Source: Dicyema japonicum
Taxonomy: Eukaryota; Animalia; Dicyemida
Direction of reading: 5' to 3'
Assembly (NCBI GenBank): GCA_011109175.1
Contig: RDEW01000036.1
Span: 408,260-472,259 of the forward strand
Length of the DNA stretch: 64,000 nucleotides
Both the position numbers and the translations under genes were made by a program. Under the pieces are notes generated by a model, which saw nothing but the letters and a program-made list of their open reading frames with translations, searched no databases and had not been told where the DNA came from. Below are positions 1-12,273 of this stretch, piece after piece; within the stretch, counting starts at the first letter, position 1; each line of letters starts with the position of its first letter.

Positions 1-21
1 TGGTGACGTGCCTCGTTTCTT
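1..21 (+). promoter_or_regulatory. Conserved 5' motif of RTE copies (candidate internal promoter containing a TGACGT CRE/ATF-like core)
   Basis: TGGTGACGTGcCTCGTTTCTT here and TGGTGACGTGtCTCGTTTCTT at 33510-33530 (minus). Both lie ~42 nt before the ATG of otherwise diverged copies. Function is inferred. Confidence 0.4.
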
Positions 22-42
22 CTCTGTACAACGGTTAAAAAA

Positions 43-3002
43 ATGTCTGAAAAACACTCATCATACAATCGAGAACTCAGGCTAATGACGGTCAACGTAC
101 GTGGAATATCGAAAGATTGGACAAGGAAAGTACTTTGTGACGATCTCGAGAAATACAAAATATCTATTGGCTGCCTACAAGAGACGAAAATCGAAAATGG
201 ACGCGATGAGACATGGAACAACTACCGACTGATTCTCTTCCCAACTGAATGCAAGCACTACGGCATGGGATTTGCCCTACACGTGGATTACCTCAAAAAA
301 TTACATCGCTATTGGAGAGTCAACGACCGAATATGTGTCCTACAAGTCAAACTAAATGAACTATGCCCGTCCAAGAGTCTACTAACCGTCATAAATGTCT
401 ATGCACCACACTGTGGACGAGTAATCAAGAACCCCGGTGAACTCGAGGAATTCTACTCAGAACTATCAAGCACATACTCTAACAATGCTTCCTCGTCTCT
501 TATCTTTGTTGCGGGAGATATGAATGCAAAGGCCGGAATGCGAATGGGGCCCGAAGAATCCTCTATTGGAAGACACGGGCGCGGAAGGAGTAATGCATCT
601 GGAGCCTCTCTTGTAAACTTCTGCGAGGCAAATAGCCTTTTCCTGTGTAACACGGCCTTCACGCACTCAGCTCGCCACAAGACTACATGGCACGAACAAA
701 GGAAAAACTCTGTCGGGGAGACCGTAAATATATATAATCAAATCGACTACATTATCTGCCGAAAGTCTGATAAACACCTGATAAATGATGCACGTTCCTA
801 CCAGGGAACAACAACCGACAGCGACCACAGGATCGTCATTGCACAACTTTCTGTAAAAAAGCACCTGACTGGGAAAAAATACATTGAAAACGCGAAGAAG
901 GCGAGACAAAGACCCAATATATACTTTCAGACAGAAAAATTGTGGTTAGAGCCAACTTGTAGAGCTAAATATCACGAACAAATCGAGACTCTTATGGTGA
1001 AAACCGCACCGGAATCATCAGTACGAACTCTGTGGGATCAAACAAAACAGGCAATCTCCAAGTCGGCCAAAATATGCCTTGGAGTCCGAAATCATCACGC
1101 CCTAAAATTGGATCACCACCCGATTGTGCCAGATATGGCAAAGCATTGCAGAGATCTACGACTAAAAGCGGCAAACACATCAGACGATAGTAAAAAAAAG
1201 AGATTAATATCCAACAAAGGGAACTAAAATGGAAAATCAAACAGATGAATAGAAAACACTCACGGGAAATTATTACATCCCTATTAAAAGAAGTGGAATG
1301 CCTAAAAGACAATTCAAGGATGTATGCGGCTCTGCGGCTGCTGCGGACTAAGAAAAGACAAAACATCCTTCACATCAAGGACAAAGATGGAAAATTCGTG
1401 GGTAACCCGGAAGAAAAAGCAGAATTGATTGCACGACACTTCGAAACACTGTTGAATAAAGAAAATAATGACTTTCCCCCTTTCCAAGGAGAAGCAAAGG
1501 CGCTAAAAATCCTAATCACAGTGGAAGAGGTGGAATTAGCGATAAATAAACTAAAGAACAACAAGAGTGCTGGGCCGGACAACATAAGCCCTGAGCTCCT
1601 AAAATATGGGCCAAAAAAACTTAGCGACACAATTGCAAAACCCTAAATGACGTCTTTGAAACTAATACCGATCTAGGACTTGGAAATATTATTAATACCC
1701 ATACAAAAACCGAACAAATCAAAAGGACCAGTAGAAAATCTCTGCCCGATAATACTTCTGAATTCGATACGCAAGGTGCTGGCAAACATTGCACTAAGCC
1801 GGATAAAGGGTGTGGCGGATCTATACCTACCAGCAAGTCAAATTGGGTTCCGAGAAGGGACGTCTACGGCAGACATTGTATGGAGCCACAGATGGCGCTG
1901 CGCAACGCACCAAAGATTCAAGAGCGCAACAACCGTGTTGGGAATAGATCTCTCCAGAGCTTTCGACTCAATAAACAGATAGAGACTGATGAATGTGCTT
2001 GAGCAAATATTGGATGAATCGTCGGTTAGGATAATCAGACTACTACTTGCGAACACAAGACTATCTGTGAGGACAGAAGGAGCAACTTCCCGCAGTTTCA
2101 AAACAACGATTGGGACACCCCAGGGTGATTCCCTCTCCCCTTTACTATTCACCATATACCTTGAATCTGCACTCCGCGACCTCCGTAAATGCTATATAGG
2201 AGACATAGAAGAGACATCTTATGCGGATGATGTGGATTTTGTATCACGGGATGTGACCGCACTCCAACACCTGCTAGAAAATGCACCCGCGGAGCTTGAG
2301 AAATGGTTTCTCAGCGTAAATGTTAACAAAACTGAAATTACGGAAATCAAAAGAGAAGACGATATTACTCATGAAAGATGGAGACGTACTAATAAGCTCG
2401 GCTCTCTACTAGGAGACGCTGAAGATGTACTAAGGAGGAAAACACTGGCAAATGCGGCAATGGCTAAACTGAAGAAAGGATGGCTAAGGGCCAAAGGACT
2501 TGGAGTTGACATCAGATGCAGGCTTTACAACGCGTTTGTGAAACCGATCCTACTGTACAACGCTGGGACATGGGGAAGTTCCTTCAACGAACTATTGAAA
2601 CTGGATTCGTTCCATAGAAGGCAACTAAGAAGCTTACTCGGAATGGAGTGGCCACGTAGAATATCAACCACTGGTATCTACAACAAGTGTATGTGTTCTT
2701 ACATCAGCAAGGATGTGATAGATGCCCGGTGGAGGCTATTTGGGCATGTACTAAGAATGAACCCGGACGCACCCGCTAACAAAGCGATGGAAGATTACTT
2801 TGACAGAGGCGAAAAACCCTTCCGCGGACGACCTAGATCGACACTTCCGACAGCCCTAAACAAAGACTTAAATCGTGTGAGAAAAAATCTAAAGACGGGA
2901 GACGACCTGGACGAATTGAGATCACTCGCATTCGACAGAGGAAGATGGAAAAGACTAACTATAAATATTGTTTCTTTGAGTGTTGCACATGCGGGGCTAT
3001 AA
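43..3002 (+). pseudogene. APE endonuclease + reverse transcriptase ORF of the RTE element, disrupted (frameshifts near 1195, 1645 and ~1685; in-frame TAG at 1980-1982)
   Basis: APE motifs CLQETK, NVYAP, AGDMNA, NQIDYI, SDH. RT motifs GPDNI, GIDLSRAFD, PQGDSLSPLLF, YADD, LGS. RTE-type C-terminus RWRLFGHVLRM...RGRPR. Confidence 0.93.
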
Positions 3003-3009
3003 TCATTAT

Positions 3010-5306
3010 TATTATTATTTAATAACCCCGAAAAGGGAACACCAAGAAAGAAGGAGTAATCCAACTAATTAAGTGATCCCGGTACGCCTCAACAGGATCG
3101 AGAGGTTTTTCCTGTGTTCCTCCAGAGTACCCACGGCTTTCCTGAATAAACGACGATCATCTTTCATTAGGGTTTGAAGAGGAGTGGGGTTTTTCCCCAA
3201 ATTTCGTGTATTTGAAGCCTTCAGCCTTGAATGGAAGAAACGACTTGTTTCTTGGCCACACAGACAGATGAAGCCGGAGCCATTATTTTTGATTGCGCCG
3301 TGGTCAAGCATTGGAGGGAAAAGATCGGGGGTAGATTTGTTTGACGTGCTAGTTTTCCAATTAGGGTATTGATCTTGAGTGAATTTGATATCGAAGCTCC
3401 ATAGGCCCATGAGGCACAGGCGTACTCAATCGTCAGTTTTAGGAGTTGATTGAACACGACGAGGGCGCATTCCTGTGAAGGTTTGGACTTCAAGAGCGGT
3501 TTGATAATATTAAGTTTCCTGAGACCCTTTGTCATAACGTTCTTCACATGTTGAGAAAATGACATCAAAGGGTCAAATGTCACTCCCAGGATAGTTGGAC
3601 GAGTCTGTAGTGGAAAGGAGTCTCCAAAAATGTTCAAATCAAGTGTATGTTTTTCTTTTCTGTCCGTGGTGAAAATTGTATATGTTGATTTGTCCCTGGA
3701 TACAGAGAGACGATTCAACTTCAACCAGGCTCCCAGGTCGTCAATATGTGACTGAAGCTCTGATTTTGCTGTACCCACGTATTTGTTCCTGCTAGCGATG
3801 ATTAGGTCGTCAGCATAAGTGAGAAGCATTGAATCTGGTCCTCCAGGTCAGGGTAAATCGTTGAGGAACAAGTTGAATAATGCCGGAGAGAGGGGCGATC
3901 CTTGAGGGACGCCATTTGGTAGGAGACGGGACCTCGATCTTGCGTGGCCTATACAGACACGTCCTCTTCTTCCGGAGAGAAAATTGGTTATCCATCTTTT
4001 CAAATCTGTCTGAATGGTGGTGTCAAAAACCTTCTTCGTGAGTAATATTCTCGAGACAGAATCGAACGCCTTCTGGATATCCAGGGAAACCATTATTGTC
4101 CGTAGATGGCGTTTCGGTACGTTGAACCCTTCTGATATAAATTGAGACAGTGAAGTCAAATGTGTCGTAGTTGAACGCTCACATTTGAAACCATGTTGAA
4201 AGTGGCAGTCGGGCAAATGGGGTTTTTTCTAAAAATGGTGATTCTGAATCACCCGAATGTGTTCACAAGGACACCTATCCGAAGAAATGACAACCCAACC
4301 TCCCCCGACATATCCATTGCTTCCTCTAGGATTGCCCCGAAGATTTCATGGAACGTCTCCTACGATTTTCATAGTGATCATAATCCGATTATATTAAAAC
4401 TGAGCCGATTCAATAACTCGCGTAGAATTAAAGCAACCTTCAAGGTCTACAAGAAAGCTGACTGGTCGAATTTCAAGCTCTTCATTGACAATAACCTAAT
4501 ACACTTTGATCCCACCTCATTTTGCTCCATCGACAAAGCAGTGGACCATCTAAACCATGTAATCCTTCAAGCTGAAAAGTTGTTTGTACCACGTGCAGTT
4601 TATAAATCCTACAAGCCTACTCTGGACTCGGAGACTCGTCTCCTCATCAAACAAAGAAACTCCCTGAAGATGAATCATCTGCAAACCTCTTCTGATTTGC
4701 AAAATATAAAATGCTTAAATCAGAGAATTACAAAGCTCATCAGAGAAAAGAAAGATAGGGCGTGGAAGCGCCTATTATCATCTATTGGACATATGAAATC
4801 CACGAGTCTTTTATGGAAAACTATTCGTCGAATCAAGCTAAACTTATCAGATGAATCAGAATCTTTTTCTGCTCCAAATACTGTGCAAGCTAACAACCAA
4901 ATGAAATATTACGCATCCATAAGCCACAAGGACTTCTCGAAATCCCATTCTTGTCACTTTCGGAATTTAGTGCCTAAACCAACTTCATGGATCAATCTGT
5001 TTACGCATGCCGAGGTCACACAGGCTATAAGATCGATGAAGAGATCTTTTACGTGTGGACCTGACGGCATTCCGGGAATTTTGTTAAAACACCTTGGTAA
5101 TGCTGCAATCAATTAAATTACGTCAATTTTTAATTTGTCTTCTAACATGAACGTCATCCCATGCAAATGGAAAAACTCACTTATAATACCGATCCTTAAA
5201 CCAGGAAAACCGAAAACCTTACCTTCTTCCTACCGTCCAATTTCATTAACGTGCGCATTATCGCGCCTAATGGAGAAACTCGTACTCTGGAAAATTAAAC
5301 CCCATC
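3010..5306 (-). mobile_element. 5'-truncated, 5'-inverted Ingi/I-like LINE insertion: 3' part on minus (3010-4225), 5' part on plus (4226-5305)
   Basis: TSD ATAATCATTAT at 2999-3009 and 5307-5317, with an (AAT)n tail at the left end. The minus part has QHGF, DIQKAFD, PQGSPLSP, YADD, LGVTFD and ends RRTGIT*. The plus part has the APE C-terminus (SPDI, SDH), GPDGI and YRPISL. AAACCCCAT is duplicated at 4217-4225 (minus) and 5297-5305. Confidence 0.88.
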
Positions 5307-5407
5307 ATAATCATTATGGCTTTCGTGAAAGTGCTTTAATAATAATAATAAAATAAAATTTTATTTAATTAATCAAAACACCATAATATTCATTATTATT
5401 GTGCGTC

Positions 5408-6310
5408 ATGAGGTTCACTATTTCTGGTGGCGTCGGATATAATCATAAACTATATCTAAAAAGAACCTTTTGCTCTTTACCAACCAGAGGACTTCACACT
5501 GAAGGGTGTTCTCTCAATGTTGGAACATTTTATCGATTGAGATTGTTGACCTCAGGAGACGTGGAACAAAATCCATGCCCAAAGAAGTTAACAATCCAGA
5601 GCGTAGATATAAACGGGATCAGAGGAAAGATTGACGAACTTTCAATACCTTGGAGAGGAACAGAGTAGATATCTGCCTTCTCTAGGAAACGAAGCTTTCA
5701 AAATACATTCCTACTCCTCTCTTTAATGGACACAACACAATAAGATCCGACGTCCATCTGGCCAAGGAGGAGTCCACTGATTCTTTTAAGAAAAGGAATA
5801 AAAAACCTTGAGAACCCTTTTCCTTACAAGATCCTAATCGAAGGCTCGAACACGGAGCTAATTATAATTTCTGTCGTAACTTACATTGGAAAAAATTGAA
5901 ATTGCAAATATTTATGTTCCTCCTCCGAGTTCCTGCAAGAAAAATTTCTGTTTTTACCCATCGACCTTGGACAAAATGGAGAACTATGTGAAGACATCTG
6001 TGCTCCGCTCTCAGGCCGTTGATAACAGAGGAATCCTGATATTATCCAAAATGCAAAACTTAAAAGTCATCAACAATCCGAAAAAGAACACTAGGACACC
6101 ATTCAACACGATGGATATGGTGACATCTCCGGACTTATCAATCTGCTCGCCTCGTCTTCCCGATCATTAATTGGACGGTCCGTTATGACCTACGGAGTGA
6201 CGACCATTCAATAATAATGAGGCTGAACTGCGAGCTACGTTTTGTACCGAATCCTATTCATTTCTATGATTGCAAAAATGCAAATTGGACTGGCTTTACA
6301 AATTTAAAAA
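5408..6310 (+). mobile_element. Degenerate 5' part of an Ingi-like LINE: short N-terminal peptide ending in a 2A-like motif, followed by APE endonuclease
   Basis: LLTSGDVEQNPCP (5555-5581 = GDVEQNPCP) directly precedes APE motifs NGIRGKIDEL, NIYVPP, DNRG, TSPDL, SDDH, NANW, which are spread over several frames. Confidence 0.75.
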
Positions 6311-6649
6311 AAAAGAAATTTTTTCTATATTTTTTTGGTAGTCGTAGTGAAGGAAAATACCCAGAAAAGTCTTGTCAAACTTATGAAGGGAAATCAGATT
6401 CGACAAAGCTCTAGTGACCTTATTGATCAAGAGTTAGTAGGTGAATAAGAAAATCAGATATTTTTACAGTGGCACCTAGACAAAAGATTCTACATTTTTT
6501 GTAGTTACAAAAGTGTCACACATATGTTGGGAAAATTCGCTACGATATTTTCTAACAGCAGTCATAGCCTTTTAGTTGTTTTCTTGTTAGTTTCCCAACA
6601 TCACTAACATGTGGGAGACAGACTGTCATAAAATAATAAAAAAAATTTA

Positions 6650-7030
6650 AAAGACCATGGTAACACCAAATTAACTAGTCACGTGATCCCGACACGCTCC
6701 AAGAGAGACTTCAGCTCGACAAGATGTTTCTTCTTCGAACCCATGTAAGTGCGTATCGGATTATAACTGAATCCTCGTAGTCGCAACGGCACGTTCCTCG
6801 ATTCTTAAAGATTCCAGAGCTATTGAAGACTAAGACTTTCCAGAAGTCAACTGATTAGTAATTTTTGAATCCTTTTGGATTTCATGGAACATAGACTTCA
6901 CAATGTTATTGGATTTAGACATGCCTCTCCATGTCCATTTAAATGTGGAGAGCATTTCTTGAGCCTCCTGATCGATTTCCATAATACAGAGGAGGAAGTA
7001 TTATTCCTAGCTTTTCTGAGCACGGATTCC
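6650..7030 (-). mobile_element. Ingi/I-like LINE 3' end remnant
   Basis: Ends ...RVGIT* (tcacgtgatccc on plus), like the other family members. Duplicated at ~57910-58280. Confidence 0.55.
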
Positions 7031-7279
7031 CAACGTTCTTTGTTGTGTTTTGTTATGTTCCGCGTGATTTCTTTATTCGGTTTTTATATCCTTTCAGTTA
7101 CTTCCACAGATTGTCATTAGAAGTTCTTCAGATTATTTTTTCGTTTTATTAGAGCTCGCGTGTGATTGACTTTGAGGACGACACATCAGAATGAATCTTA
7201 TGCAAGCTTGGAGTATAATCTTGTTGAGGTAATTGACATCAGCGTCGATAGATCCGAAGTTTTCTATACGGAGTTCGAT

Positions 7280-7960
7280 AAAATAGCGGGCCATATTACC
7301 TATGAGACTGTTAGACACAACCACATTCTTATCGATATTGCGATTTTTCGGAGGTTGTTTAGACCTCTGCGTCTATTAGAATATTTTAGATAGATATTCA
7401 TTATTGATTCCAAAGTTGTTTGTGACTTCCTTCTAAAAGGTCCTGAACAAAGGATGATGATTCCATAATATCGTATGCAGGAACGACATGATTATCCGTA
7501 ATATAAGCGCAAATAATCCCGTTCGGAGCTTAGTAAGCATTTTATCCCTATTTGCAAGCTTTGTATAAGTTTGGTTTTTTGTAACCATTTGGTAGTGTGT
7601 TTCTAGTAGAGTCATTAGTTGTTTTCTGTCAAAAAAAATTAAGTTATCAACACATGTTTGAGTTAGTCCCCCACGTACCCGAGTTCTAGAACAATATGAG
7701 TAGGATGAATTTACTGCATAGTCGTACTATTACATGTTCTAACATGGGTGTATCTTGGACGTGTCGATTTTAGTCTATTCAGTACTATTGTTGAACATCC
7801 TCCAGAACGCTAACAAAGACGCGACTTTATTTGCTCACCTTCAAATCTCATAGGTGAGTCGCTTTCCCATTTGATTGTATTTACCTCGATTTTTGTTCGT
7901 TCATTTTAAGGAATCACTCTCCAAACACCTTATGAGAATGAATAAGAGCAATCATCCGCA
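7280..7960 (-). mobile_element. Highly decayed RTE 3' half
   Basis: Minus strand gives NSGTWGLTQTCVDNL and GRKSQTTL...LNNLRKIA, similar to the RTE thumb and C-terminus. Related copies are at 16870-17110, 35420-35470 and 60100-60800. Confidence 0.45.
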
Positions 7961-8289
7961 AATATTAATTCATAGGACAAATTCTTAAATCACGAAGATG
8001 CTTCAGTTGAACAAGAGAATCGTTTTACTGAGTGAGCTACCTTCTGAAGAGCAATTGCATATTAATTTGCGAAAGCGCTCAGAGTCAACCTAGACTTTCA
8101 ATTCTGTTTTTGAAAGTAGAACCCGTATCAAACCTTAAACTGTCCTCGTCTAGCAAAGTTATAGGCTATCTTCAGAATTCATGTAAAATTGATTTTTGCG
8201 CAAATTGATTTTTAATTAATCATTATTCAAAAATATTAATTTTTTAACAAAATTTTTAAACATTTTGACAAAGTTATTAGACATTATGG

Positions 8290-8570
8290 CAAAGTTATTG
8301 ACATTTTGACAAATTTATTTAACTTTATGGTAAATTATTGAACACGTCGGAAAATCATGTTAATTGTGTGAATTTAATTAAATTATTTTTTAATTTTATT
8401 TATTAATAAAATTAATATTATTTAAGACGACTGCTAATTTCTTGTTGTTACACGTAAATTCATTATTTTGATGTTTAATCTTATAGCTGTTCACTTTATC
8501 ATTTTGAACTTCTCATTTTACTTTCTGACAACACATAAAAATTGCCAAGACGAAGTAATAGATCGTTGAT
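8290..8570 (+). repeat. AT-rich dispersed repeat family (DR-A), partial copy
   Basis: aacacgtcggaaaatcatgttaattgtgtgaatttaattaaatt... is the reverse complement of 9790-10010. Confidence 0.7.
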
Positions 8571-8574
8571 ATCT

Positions 8575-9100
8575 TCGTTAACCAATAACGCCTGGAGTCC
8601 CAAGTGTTTCGTTTTACTGTGATCTTTATGGGTAGGGAAGATAAACTTCCTTGTGTGTGTTTTGATCTTTTGATCCTATCTGAATCTTCCACAAGGAGTT
8701 GTATGAACTTTTGTGTTTAAGATGGTTCCATTTTGGATTATATTGTAGTAATCGCGGTGAAATGAAGATGTTCCTTATAGACTCAATAGTCCAATCATCG
8801 TTCTCAACTGTTTGAAAATATTAATCTTCCTTTTGACAGTAAGCATGTGAGAGCAAAGCTTGTGATTAAAGTCCCTATATGAATTGTGATAATGCTCACA
8901 TCATTCTGCATAAATCTGAGGAAAACTGTCCATTTTTTAACACCAATCATTCGATTAATTCTTTCATCGATTTTGAAATGATATTATTCTTTCCGAGGCA
9001 AGAGAGCGAATCAGGATATTATTTAAATCACGATTTCAATTAATTAACACCAATTTATATCCCTGAAAAATAACCGATCAGGTTAGTTTAAATGTTGTAA
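8575..9100 (-). mobile_element. Decayed CR1/L2-like LINE C-terminal region
   Basis: Fragments such as FNHKLCSHMLTVKRKINIFKQLR, EDSDRIKRSKHTQ and KHLGLQALL resemble post-RT CR1-type motifs. Many stops and frameshifts. Confidence 0.3.
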
Positions 9101-9189
9101 AAACTCCGCAAATGCCAACTACATTGTTCTTGTCCCTAATGGCACTGCAGTCTGAAATACATTATTAATTACGTGTTTCTTCTATCGCC

Positions 9190-10010
9190 TTGTTGCCTAC
9201 CGTAAATGTATTACATTCGAACATCTACAAGTGATTATCTTCAATATGTATTGAATGACGAGGTTGTGCCATATGTCTATACTAAATATGATATCATACG
9301 CCTCTGGATTATCAAATGGATTCTTGCACACGATAACACTATATTATTAACATACTTATGCAATTCATCAAAATTAGAACCAATTCTAAAAATTTGAATA
9401 ACTTTTATTCTTTGAGGAAAGATGCTACGTAAATTACAAAAAAATGTACACAGATTCGAGTAATGATAAATTTTTTGCAAAATCGATTGTTATGAATGTG
9501 AAGGAATTACATTCTTGCAAAAGTCTATACTATAAAAATAAATACAGCAAGTCGTAAATGCTAGATGGGATTTTAAGATTTGTTGTTTACATATTTTAAA
9601 CTCATGATTCTGACAGTTACTATGAATAATTAATATTTAATACACATTCTGTAAATTCATTCCTATAACTGAAAAATTGACATCATGTTGAAATTTAATG
9701 TAATCTTAATTCATATATTTGAGAATCAGAGTATACGCCAGAAAATTGACATTCATTTCAGTTCTGAATAATCATTGTTTTATACAGAGAACCACGATCC
9801 ATTACTTCGTTTTGGCAATTTTTCTGTGTTGTCAAAATGTAAAATGAGAAGTACAACATGAAACAATAAATTACTGTCGTTATAAATAATTCTAATTTTA
9901 TTAATAAATAAAAAAAAAATAATTTAATTAAATTCACACAATTAACATGGTTTTTCGACGTGTTCATTAATAGTTAAATAAATTTGTCAGTGTCTAATAA
10001 CTTTACCATA
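9190..10010 (-). repeat. AT-rich dispersed repeat DR-A, long copy (related: 17450-17541 + 19372-19800, 34860-35390, 62060-62880)
   Basis: Shared blocks such as atgtctatactaaat.tgat.tc.tacgcct and g..agaaaattgacattc.ttt occur in both orientations. No credible ORF. Confidence 0.65.
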
Positions 10011-10319
10011 ATGTTCAACATTTGTGTTAAGGCGCAGATGATGGATACTTAAAACTAGCTAAAAAAATAGTATGGAATAATGTAAAGCCAAAGCCACGCA
10101 TTCATATTCTTATGGGAAATTTGGAAGTGCTTTTTTACTAACTGAATAACTAAACTATTATGTTAAGGTTCTACTTCAATAAGTAAGTGAAAATTATTCC
10201 CTGATTTAGTTTAAATCCAAAAATCAGAAATTTATTTAATTATGTAGAAAAATTATTTTTCCATTTGAATATTTTTATTAAAATAAAACAATAAAACAAA
10301 CACAAGACAATTTTTTATT

Positions 10320-10700
10320 TTTGGCACTCAACTTAGAAAAAAACTCTATAAATAACATCTTACATAATATGGAAAGAATTCATTCATTTAGTTACTTATT
10401 AATTAATTTAGTTTTTTCAGCATCTCGAGGTTTTCCGGCAAGGATAGGTTCTATCGCGGGCTTAGTAGCCATTAGATTTTTCGACTAACAGTGAAAACAC
10501 TTTATATGAATTTTGTCGACCTCAAATCTCGAATTTCCGTAAATTTTACTTTTTGGGAGACTGCATAGTAAATCGGATTCGAAATTGATGTTCATATTAC
10601 TATCATGAAAATACTACCTCGATCATTTTTACTTTCAGTTCTCTCTCTTGAATCGAAACGCTTCAGTCCCCAGTAAAAACAGTGGTTCTCTCCAATGATC
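10320..10700 (-). mobile_element. Decayed Gypsy/Ginger-type integrase (H2C2 zinc-binding region and start of core)
   Basis: Copy B (63200-63540, minus) reads LLKSRIYGILRLELDKVVKKCFHCQSKKLMATKPAIKPILAGKP and VIEFFSKL. Similar to the integrase remnant at 18660-19070. Confidence 0.5.
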
Positions 10701-11585
10701 GACTACTCATTTACTATGTGCGTCCTTTTGTCGTTATTTTTTCGACATTTGTCAATAAGATGAATGGATCTCACTAAGCTCACGAGTAAGAATTACATGG
10801 CTCGATGTACTGTATTTACATTTTTCTTAGATAGGATGATGAGATCTTCCATATCTCTGAAATGCTTTTAAGTAGGTTAACCTCACATTTTGCCAGAGAA
10901 TTTTCGATGTGCCATGAGAAGCACATTTGACTGAGTGAACAGGAAAAATTATTAAACAAAAATAATATTTAATTATTTATTTCAATGACACCTTGAAGCT
11001 ACTCATAGTAGGAGAACTCTGTGGTAATAAGAACAACTTGTTATCTAAGAAGCTACCCAGAAAAGGACGTTCACAGTGATGGAACGATAGACTTTTGGAG
11101 AGAAATAATCCACGCCAACTTCTTCAATTCTACGTACTTGATTAGCAATAATGAAGACCCCCTGGAGCTAAACGTTCTATTGAAGTCAGTCTCCTATACC
11201 AACTGGTCCACACTTTCGACTTATTTTGCACGAAGATAAAACCTATCAGATGCATTTAAAATGCAGTCGCTATATACACCTGAGCGTTACAGACTGATTT
11301 TATTGGCAACTTATCTGCCACCTTTAACCTGAAGCTTCAACGAAAATGCTCGATAGGTAAAATTATCGCGATTTTAATACATACTTGACATTCTAATAAC
11401 ACAGGTTTTACTGTCCCTCTGGTCCTCCCCGAGCTCATTTTTGGAAATTGCCTTATCGCTTAGCCAATTTACTCCCAGTCAATCTCCAAAATGACACTGT
11501 TATCCGATCAATCAATATATGGTCTTACATTATAAAATTGTCAGGATGAATTACTAATACACAACTTTTAGTGTAATTAAACACA

Positions 11586-11966
11586 TTTTTAATTTATGTT
11601 AATGAATGATTAAGCTTGATGATCGGTTCTCTCATCAGGATCTCATACAAAGAATCTACAAGAAATAGGGATGTAAGATGATAGAATATCGCTGGCACAT
11701 CCTGAAGATGGAGTTGACCTAACGGAGCAATGGAAGTCTACTCTTTCGCCTAGAGGGCCGTTTTCGTGGAAAGTCTAGGATAACTTTGACATTCGTGTTA
11801 CAAAAGGACTTAAAATCGTAAAATGATAATTAAAATCCGCTGACGTCCTGGACACACTAAGAACGGTAGATAATAGAGGTGTGGAAGAGATTGACTTCCA
11901 AATTCGATGTCAATAAATGGCTTTCGTGGTAGTTCTAATAATACCATTTTTAATTTCCAATGGATT
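11586..11966 (+). repeat. ~380 bp direct repeat (with 14183-14556) made of a decayed RTE 3' end plus a shared flank; the pair brackets the basonuclin gene
   Basis: Near-identical blocks tttttaatttatgttaat...ggagttgacctaacggagcaatggaag...gttctaataataccatttt. Translation includes YRWHILKM and RFRGKSRITLTFVLQKDLK. Confidence 0.8.
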
Positions 11967-12004
11967 TTATTCCATCATGACCACCTACATTCTGCCATTC
12001 TTCA

Positions 12005-12127
12005 ATGGGGACACCGCCAGTCAATCGGGTCTCTTACTCTTTGTCATTCCCAAATGGAGACATCGTAGGTCAATCGGGCCTCATATACTTTGTCATTCCC
12101 AAATGGGGACATCGTAAGTCAATCGGG
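12005..12127 (+). repeat. Tandem repeat, 49-nt unit, 2.5 copies
   Basis: atggRgaca.cg...gtcaatcggg.ctc.ta..ctttgtcattcccaa starts at 12005, 12054 and 12103. Confidence 0.85.
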
Positions 12128-12273
12128 AAACCCATCGTCTTTAAACCAGACATACTGAAAGTCAAAGACTCTGCATGTTTGTGAATCGCACAACCAGCTA
12201 ACAATCTCCGTCAGAAATATTAAATAAAATGTTATGGTTTAACGATGGGCTTATTCATTTAAATGAAAAATTA

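Larger units (their letters stand above)
1..5355 (+). mobile_element. Near full-length RTE-clade non-LTR retrotransposon (copy 1). Its 3' UTR is split by a nested insertion (3010-5306), so element DNA is 1-3009 plus 5307-5355
   Basis: Single APE+RT reading frame starting 42 nt from the window start. The 3' UTR gcggggct-ATAATCATTAT resumes at 5307 as ATAATCATTAT-ggctttcgtgaaagtgcttt(aat)n. This matches the uninterrupted 3' end of copy 3 at 34757-34800. Confidence 0.9.
6333..11129 (+). repeat. Segmental duplication copy A (~4.8 kb); copy B is 57642-64000
   Basis: Collinear near-identity from ttttggtag..gtgaaggaaaatacccag to ...ccaacttcttcaatt. Matching ORF translations occur in both copies (e.g. 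9206/62072, 9758/62562). Confidence 0.95.

Noticed and set aside
453-2155. Antisense ORFs of 70-125 aa overlapping the RTE (also 19929-21379 and 58445-59741)
   Set aside because: Shadow frames of retrotransposon coding sequence with no independent motifs.
8290-10010. MITE or DNA transposon with ~250-bp TIRs
   Set aside because: The right arm is part of a longer dispersed repeat found alone elsewhere, and the interior is a LINE remnant; no TSD or transposase.
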